Positions 55,568 through 64,000 of a stretch of 64,000 nucleotides of DNA are shown one piece after another; the stretch's first letter is position 1; each line of letters starts with the position of its first letter. The notes beneath the pieces were generated by a model. The model had not been told where the DNA came from and did no database searches. It was given only the letters and a program-made list of their open reading frames with translations. Source of the stretch: Strigamia acuminata. Lineage: Eukaryota. Both the position numbers and the translations under genes were made by a program. Where the stretch lies: NCBI GenBank assembly GCA_949358305.1, contig OX442314.1:21204001-21268000 (forward strand). The letters are read 5' to 3'.

Positions 55568-56677
55568 ACAAATCTTGAAATAAATAATATTGACTTTTAA
55601 AAATACAAAATTGTTTCATTTTATTTCTTAACTATAGCATGTTTTTTCTTTTTAATTTCATGAATGAAAACTCTTATTTTAACGATATTTTGATTTTTTC
55701 CTGGGTTATGAGTGGATATGGGTCCAATATGTTTATGCCAAATATCTTCTGCCAAGTGCTTAATGAGGCGGGTAAACATTTTCGAACAAACTGCTTTTAC
55801 ATTTTTGATAAATTTAATTAAGAGCAACATTTCTCCATAATTCATGTAAAACAAAATTAATATTTAAAGAAACATCGGATGATGACATTTTATCCCAGCT
55901 ATAATAACACGAGCGTACCTCTTGTGTGAATGTGTGGGCGTTCAGCATGCAGTACGCTCGCATTTGAAGCACCACCTCTTGTAGAAGAAGCTCAGGTGTG
56001 TCATGAGCTCCTCAACAAGTTTATTGGTGGCGATAGTTTTCCTATTCTTTAGTGATAGAAGTAAGTAAAATATTTTTTTTCTTCCATTTTTACATATATT
56101 TGAAGTTGTTTGGGTGGAGTTTTATTTAAATTTTTATTGTTTTTTTTTATAATTAATTTAATTTCTGCAATTAGATGAGAATTATTTGTTTCATTTAACA
56201 AAATTGTTCGTGTAAATTGAACCTTTTGTATAATATTTTATATATGTGTCATATTATCAAAGAAATAAGTTATCGCAGGTAAAAATTCAAACTTTATATA
56301 CCGATATAAAACGTAACAAGTATTATAACTATAATTATTGACCAATATGAATAATATTGATAGTTTGGAAGTGCAGGTTCACCAATATTATGCTGCAATT
56401 TGTTTATAAAGGCACTAGATTTGTTTCAGTTAAAAATAGAAGTAATTAAATGAGACCAAATTAATTAAAACTCACTTGGATCATAATTCTGATCGTAATT
56501 TCTGGAATAAATATATCTGAACTTTATGGTTTCAATAAAACGTCTACATTTCAATTTGCCGTTACAATCAATGAAGGCGAGAGAACAGACTATTCAATAT
56601 TTTTGTATTGTGATCATTGCTACGTTTAAAAATTATTTTTTGTTTAGATATTTCAATATGGTAGAGGTTTCATTTTA

Positions 56678-58640
56678 ATGTGTTGGTCCAGCGCATCCAA
56701 TTTCTTTTTTCATCTTTTTTTTCTTCTATTTATAGTCCAATGTTGGTCAGCAGCTGGTCAGCTGTCGTCCTCTGAGTTCAACAACGGCGCATTGCAACTG
56801 GTCTTAAAAGGTGAAAGTAAAAATTAAGAAAAACAGTTAAGTGTTGACTTTTGTAATTAAAAAAGTTCGTACGCATGAGCAACGTATAAAACGCGGTTTC
56901 TATTTAGTTTTCTTCAAAATTGCACCCTTGGTATTTGGTTAGAAAGAGATATGATTACTTAGTTGTTTACTTCCACCAGAACATCATTTCAGTCTCTAGG
57001 GAATCACTATGCCATATGGTTTCATTTTCATTCAGGTTCAATTCCTTTCTATCCTCATGTCCTATATCCACAACGTTTGAGGAAAATTGAAAAGTTTAAA
57101 CAAATAAATGTTTTTATTTTATAAATGCACAAAAAACAAAACATGCGTGCTTTGAAATCAGAGCGCTTTGTGCATAAATGTATTTTTCGATTATGAAAGA
57201 GAAAAGGAAAGAAAATTTAACCGCAGATTGGAATTAATGGAATCATCTCATATGAATTTAAAAGTGAGCAATTCCTGGAAAAAAAATAGTTTTTAATTTT
57301 GTTTTTTTGCAGAATTAATGAATAATTTAAAAAAAACTGTGTGAAATAATAAAAATGCTTTTAAAATACATTGGTTTAAAATACATTTAAAATACATTTA
57401 AAAATGTATTAAAAGTAAACATTAGAAAAAACATTTAAAAATGTATTTAAAATACATTAGAAAAAACATTTAAAAATGTATTTAAAATACATTAGAAAAA
57501 ACATTAAAAAATGTATTAAAAATACATTAGAAAATTCATTAAAAAATATCTTCATATTAAAAATACTGCCCATTGAAAATGCATTGAAAATGCATTGAAA
57601 ATATATTGAATTGAAACTAAGAATTGTACTTTAATGAAAGTTTGAAAGCAAATACCCAGAGGTACCAAATGGTATCTTAAATAGTTAAAATCCAATTAAT
57701 TAATTAAAATTAATTATTTATTCCAGGTTTTGTTGACGAAATTTTAAGAGAAGTTCAAAATGAATTAAAGCTTACGCTATCGCAAGATATTCGAGCGAGG
57801 TTAAAAACCAGATACAAGGACATACATGAGCGCTTAATTCAACATCCAGCATTACAAGAAAGACGATTATGGGTTGGAACAAATAAACCAACTTTTGATC
57901 CGGATGTACGAATTCCCCTTTAGTCCTTAAATGAAAAAAATGGCAGACCATTTCTATTTTATTATCATTACATCTGATTTTAGCTAGCCGACTTCATCAA
58001 GCTGCGCCAAACAAAAAATAGAAGACATTTAGCAATACCCAACGAATCATGCAAAACACTAAGGCAGGTGAAAAAAAAGAAAAGAAAAAAATCAGCACAG
58101 TTTATACGATTGTATTTCATGTTTATGCTTTTGACCTTTAAGGCGTTGGGAGCTGGTCAATGAAACAATAGACATCAACGGAAAGAAAGTTGAAGTCGTA
58201 CAGGAAGACGATGCCTTGCAACATGTTTTCCTTTATAGATGTGAATCTTCTGCAACTCCTTGTTCTGGAATCAATAACAAGTAAGATAGCAAAAAATAAA
58301 AACACAATAAAAATAAATTGAAAACGCACAACTTCGATACAACAGTTTCGGTACATCGAGAGATTTAGTATTATAATTAGAGAAAGGAAAAGAAAATAAC
58401 CGATATTGAGAAAATTGAGATTGCATTTCATAAATTCATAAATTCAATTAATTTTTTCCCAATTTGTACTTTTATTTGTCTCTTTTCTCAAGCAAATACA
58501 TGTCAGAATGTGAGATGAGATTAGGCTGGGCAATGATGTACCATCGGATTTTAGAAGCGCCAGATTCCGAATCTATCTGGGGTTATGTAGCAATTCCACA
58601 TCACTGTGCGTGTAAAATCACAGAGAAGATACCCCCATGA
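56678..58640 (+). CDS. Prepro-neurotrophin-like protein (NGF-family cystine knot), 225 aa; exons 56678-56810, 57727-57905, 57984-58063, 58143-58280, 58493-58640
   Basis: Signal peptide MCWSSASNFFFHLFFLLFIVQCWSA, pro-region, KNRR site, then ESCKTLRRWELVNETIDINGKKVEVVQ...QHVFLYRC...PCSGINNNKYMSEC...IWGYVAIPHHCACKI with six Cys in NGF spacing. Confidence 0.85.
57360..57560. repeat. AT-rich ~35-bp tandem repeat in the neurotrophin intron
   Basis: AAAATACATTAGAAAAAACATTTAAAAATGTATTT-type units. Confidence 0.8.
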
Positions 58641-59455
58641 TTATTCATAATAAGCATGTAGATTTTTAATTTTTTTTTATAATATATGTCAAATAATAAA
58701 TTATTCAATATCAGTATTAAAGTATTACAGCTCAATTTATTAAATTGTAATCAAAAATAGTATGAAATGATAATAATAAACACTGTACGTCTATATATTG
58801 TATAACCTACAAATAATGTAATTAAAGAAATAAAATAAATGTTGATTAGGTACTTGTTGACCCAATAAACATAATCTTTACAAAACTTTTGAGGAAATTA
58901 TACGTCACTCGATATACGGTAACTAAATTTACCAAAAATAGCTTGAGTTGTTCCGGAACTGAGCATGGCCTGACATGAGATTAAGCAGGGGGTCTCTCAC
59001 CTCAGTGCACTCTGTGGTTGAAGGAGAATGAGAGAGAGTCGTGTTGCACAATTCATCAAGGTAAGAATCTCGTTTTGTTTTACTAAAAAATAAAAATCTA
59101 AATGATTCAATATGGCGCATGTTCAAGGTGGTTTCGTGTTGTAGAAAGTAATACCAAATTGAGAGAAGGAGATTTGGTTGGACTCACAATAAGTTTCTAC
59201 TCCTATTCCCCATGAAAAACAATCTTTCTCATGTGTCTAGTAGTGCTAAACGAGAACTCTTCTGCCTACTCATGGACACGCATAAGGAAGCAGAAAAGGT
59301 CTAGAAACCCATTGTTCTACTGTGAGGTCAACTAAATTTCCAACTAATTAACACAGCAAGTGATAAAAGCTAGAGCTAAATGTGTTATAAAACATAATTA
59401 ATAAATACTTAAAAAGTAAGCCAAAAATAGTAATTTCTTATTTTTCTTTTATTAT

Positions 59456-60908
59456 ATGTTCACACAGAATGATTCAAACATGAAAATAATTGCAACTTTA
59501 TGTATTACTACAACTATTCTATTATTAATCTACTTGTATCAACACAATGAAGGTAAACTAAAATTTATTGTTTATTTCTGCTACCTTTTACCTCTTACTT
59601 GGGGGAAGGCACTGACATATACGTTATCTGATGAATAAACCACTAAATGAAGGGTCACAAACTCACTATTCACTTCAAATTAGGGCGTGTAACATTAAAA
59701 ACATAATAAGAAAAGAAAAAAAAGAAAAATCAAGAGCCAAAAAAAAAAGAATTCGAACCCGCGCACCCAAACTTGAACGACCAGCAATATACCATCGAGC
59801 TCGCCAGCTGCTTCCTCTAGCTGAGGTCAAATTCGACTCTTAATTAGTTTCTTGTATCTTCATCAATGTATTTCGTGTATCCAGATAGTGCAAAGCCATT
59901 TCAGCATCAAAATGTCATTTTATAAATTGCATTTTGCTGAATCCCAGTTTTCTGTATTTCTTAACTGACTCTCTATGTGTTTAATGTGTTTAATAACGAC
60001 ACTTAACCGAACTTTTTATTAAATTGTATTTGTATAATACATTAGATTTAATCCAAGATCGTCTGATTCCAACCAGATCTCCAACAATTTACTTCCTAAA
60101 CACAAACCCTAATGACAACAAACTCAAATTGCGAACTTTATGCGCCATTGAAAGTGCTTCAATGCATAATCCTGATTTCCTCATCAAACTCTACTCACTA
60201 TCACCACTCAACTCCGTCTCAACAATAATAAATCAATTCCCAAATGTACAAACTCAACTAACCACTGCGGAAGACATTTTAAAAGATACCCCACTGAGTC
60301 AGTGGTACCACAAAGGAGACTACAAAAACGGTCCATACCAAATAATACACTTGAGCGATGCTATGAGACTAGCATTGATTTGGAAGCGAGGAGGCATTTA
60401 TATGGACACCGATATTTGGAGTGTAAGAGGAGTATCGAACATGAGCAACACTATTGCTCGGGAAGATAACACGCACGTGAATGGAGCCGTAATGATTTTC
60501 GACAAGCATCATCCGTTCCTTTACGATTGCATGGTGCAGTTCGTGCTTGGATATGCTAAGGATCAATTCACAGCGCAAGGACCTAGTTTGCTAACTAGAG
60601 TTATGGTGAAAAAGTGTAGAATTAATGGCACTATCGCCGATGCATCACCTCAAAAGATTTATGCTTGTTTGAACGTTCATATGTTGCCGCCAAAGACGTT
60701 TTATCCGGTTCCGTTCATCTACTGGAGATTTCTCTTTAGGCCTGTTCGCACGTTGTATAGATGGAAGTTTGCGTATACTTTTCATCTTTGGAATAAGTTA
60801 TCTGGAAATGTTGTTGCCAAAATTGGAAAGAAACTGTTTGTCGAAGAATTGGCGAAAAGAAATTGTCCAACTATTTATAAACTTATGGTTAAACGAGGGA
60901 ACATATAA
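59456..60908 (+). CDS. GT32 alpha-1,4-glycosyltransferase (A4GALT/A4GNT-like); exons 59456 (or 59480)-59552 and 60046-60908
   Basis: Type II anchor IIATLCITTTILLLIYLY; motifs CAIESA, HLSDAMRLALIWKRGGIYMDTD (DxD), QGPSLLTRV, FYPVP, HLWN. Confidence 0.92.
59748..59810 (-). other. tRNA-derived (SINE-head-like) fragment in the glycosyltransferase intron
   Basis: Minus strand: A-box-like GAGCTCGATGG and B-box-like GGTTCGAATTC followed by a T run; no complete cloverleaf. Confidence 0.4.
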
Positions 60909-63314
60909 TGTATGTAAAGAATAAATAAAATTTTTCTATTTGATTGTTTGTTTTGGACAAATCTTTTTTAATGTAATGTGTGTTTAAATTTTAAATGTTT
61001 TGTTGTGAATCTTATTAGGAGAATATTCATTATGAATGTTTTTCTTTGATTAAATTTGTTATTATGTAAATTGACGCCCACTAGATGGCGGGTGCGGTTA
61101 TTCAAATCATAAATGTTTTTCATGGTTACTCTATTGTGTTTACATTTATTTAAGTGAAGTTTGTTCTTAACACCGAAAAAATCAGGCAACTATTTCTATA
61201 ATGTATGAAAATTTTGATTTTTAATACTTGGTGCAATTTTTTAAAACAATGTTTATATATTTGTTCCCTAGATGGCAGGCAGGCATTTTGAATGTCGTTT
61301 AATGTACCGGTTGGTTCGAGGATGGTTTTGTGATTTAACTAGCACTAAAGGTAATTAAAACACTTCTAGTTAGTGGCGAAGTGTGTTTTCTGTTTTTACG
61401 AAGAAAAAGAATCGTATTTTATTTCACAGTCAAATTGTTTTTCAGAAAATTTCAGAACAAAATGACTTAGTTTCATACATCCATCTATTTTTCTTTCGAC
61501 GGGACATACGAAGTTTTTTGTAAAAATAGACCATGTTATTTCTTACGAACTTTTATTGTGTAAGGTAACGTAGAATTTCATCGAATCAGAATTTAATTTG
61601 TACAGAATTTGAAATTACAACACAAGAACTGAATGAAATAGTCATCAATCCACCGGAAGTGGGAAATCTAAGATGGCAGGACAAACTCCAAACCGAAAAC
61701 CAAATTGGAAATCAAAACATAGCAACTGTTCCATGAATCATTCAAAACAGAAGACGAAAATTCGATTTTCAGCTTGTCATCTAAAAAAAACCAACCTATT
61801 GGTAATTATAATATTCATGACTGTTTAACCATACTACGAAATCCCATTTCCCAATGCAAAGAGTGACCCTTATTTTATTCATTCTGAATTCTGACTTGAC
61901 TTCTTATTAAAGATTGATAGCGGGCTTAATAACGGTCATATTAAATTACACGGATTAAACCGTAGACTGAGTTATGAGCAAGATCAATAGTTAAGCATGA
62001 GGATTAAAACTGTAGTTGTGGGATTAAGCATATTTATGTTTTCAAGCATCTTCCAGATGGCGCCACGACGAGACCAGAAGGGTGGCACAGCTCTTGCGAG
62101 CTCTTGTCAGCTCGTTACAAACGACTAAGAGATTAGTTGAATTCTTTTTAAGTACTCCAAAGTGTTCATTCATTAGTCCATGATAAAAGTTTATTACGAA
62201 ATATAATTAAATTAATTTCCTATTACAGATGGAGCCGTCAAACTCGCGTCACTTCGTAATTTGCTCCGTGTCAATTTAAATTTTCAAATTTGTAACCCTA
62301 ACGCACGAATAATTCAAAAAAGCGACGAGGAAAAATGCACGTTAACTCAACTTTAACATGGTTTATTGATCAGACAATTTCATCCTATAGTCTGACCCCT
62401 AATAACCCTCTTAAAAGCTGGCTGTATGGCTTTGGTTGACCATACGTTGCTCGCACTAATCAGGGAATGATGTAGGCAGCTAATAGTTATGGACAACCAA
62501 CAAGAGCCAAAACTCGGACAGCTAGCCCCCATCAAATGTCAGTATAATGGGTAATTGATGGCTCGTAGGTTTTAGTGAATGGGAGCTTGCGTCACTGGGG
62601 GATCGTTATGGTATATCACTGGTCTTTAACCAACTTTTAAGTTTAAAAATATTCAAATTGCTTTAAAAATTGTGTTGAATTATAGATGTAATTAATTTTT
62701 TTTTTTGGTTAGGAACGCTTTAAATCTAAACAAGGAAGGCGAATTAGTGCTGAATCGATTTAATTTTCTTAGAATAGGCCCTTGAGTTGGCAATTTGATC
62801 TGATAATTTGAAATTATTAGCGCAATCTCATCGTGAAGGGTGGAAACGCTTATTGCCAAATATAAAAACAAATATTGATAAAAGAAAGTGAAGATAAACC
62901 CACGTTTATTGCAAGAACATGTATGGTGGGAAAAAATAATCGGCTCGTTTTGAGCAGTTTTTGGGGATTGAATGAGGTTGCGTATGATTTGGGGATTTAC
63001 AGATGGAGCAAAATTCTTACACCTGATACGAACTCCCAATTTTGTAGTTGCCAAACGTGCTTCGATTAAGCTTTGCGAAAATGCTTTATAATTCTAGGTA
63101 TGTTGGGATGCACAGTTCTGTAATCCGATAGCAATCGTAAAATGCAAAATAAAAATACTGTAGGATCAACAAAAAGCATAGATATTGGAAATAAACGTGG
63201 AAGCTTTTAGAAAATATATATATGTACATTCTTAGCTACAAACAATTTATAAAGTAGAAATTTGCTTTTTTTTAAGTAAAAATTTAATTTTTTTTTTAGA
63301 AAAGTTTTGATTAT

Positions 63315-63512
63315 TTTAGTAAAAATTTTGAGTTTTTCTGTAAAAATTTGATTTTTCGAGTACAAATTTGAGTTTTTGCGTAAAAATTTGATTTTTTGCG
63401 AACAAATTTGAGTTTTTGCGTAAAAATTAGATTTTGCGTAAAAATTAGATTTTGCGTAAAAATTAGATTTTGCGTAAAAATTAGATTTTGCGTAAAAATT
63501 AATTTTTTTGCG
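63315..63512. repeat. 18-20-bp minisatellite
   Basis: (AAAATTAGATTTTGCGTA)n and related units. Confidence 0.8.
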
Positions 63513-64000
63513 AAAAAAAAAATATTTTTATTTTTTAATACAAATTTGATGTTTTTTTTTTAGTACAAATTTGATTATTTTAAGGAAGAATTTGATTTTC
63601 TAACGTAAGTAAAATTTTTATTTTTTAAAGCAAAACTTAGATTTATATAAATAGAATGATTTTCTATTGGGTAAAACATTTTTTCTCCTGCCAATTCTTC
63701 AGTTTTCAATATTCCATTTTTAAAAAAACTGAAATATTGCATTCGTTTCCATAAATCAAAGAGTATTCATTCCACATAGATTTGATAAACGACTATTTAA
63801 TATCTCTTATTAGGCCAGCCGTTGGATTAAAAACCGATCCACATTGAAGACATTCGTCAACCCATGCTTGAAAATAGAAAATAAATCTCCGAAAAGAAGT
63901 CGAGAAGATGAAAGAATAAGTGGTTGAAAGATCTTTTCCATGGGAATCAGGTAAGTGAATATTTCTTTTGCTTGGTGGAATGAATGGAGAAAGTGAAGTG

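Noticed and set aside
55930..56052. MCGR start resembling HMCES/SRAP
   Set aside because: Similarity ends after a few residues and the frame stops after 40 codons.
62875..63956. Exon-like segments ending ATGGGAATCAG|GTAAGT near the window end
   Set aside because: Possibly 5' exons of a downstream gene, but no product can be assigned within the window.

Overview
AT-rich animal genomic DNA with many short (~55-90 nt) spliceosomal introns; the gene content suggests an arthropod, probably a non-insect (inference). Splicing exons by hand gives nine protein-coding genes: a GM2-activator/ML-domain gene (+), an FLRFamide neuropeptide precursor (-), Shank (-), an orphan 640-aa secreted, polybasic, probably GPI-anchored protein (+), USP47 (-), two tandem RpL10A/uL1 paralogs (+), an NGF-family neurotrophin-like gene invisible in the ORF track (+, probable GC-AG intron) and a GT32 alpha-1,4-glycosyltransferase (+). 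Both RpL10A copies carry a conserved structured intron-2 element with an alternative donor (autoregulation/NMD-like) and a SNORD45-like C/D snoRNA in intron 3, intact in copy 1 and decaying in copy 2. There are several non-autonomous DNA transposons (Tc1/mariner-type MITEs, a MULE-like foldback with a 9-bp TSD, a nested foldback with a 6-bp TSD) and two mosaic regions of duplicated gene fragments (1-2.9 kb and 39.5-45.2 kb). All gene models come from manual reading and recalled family motifs; no database searches were run.
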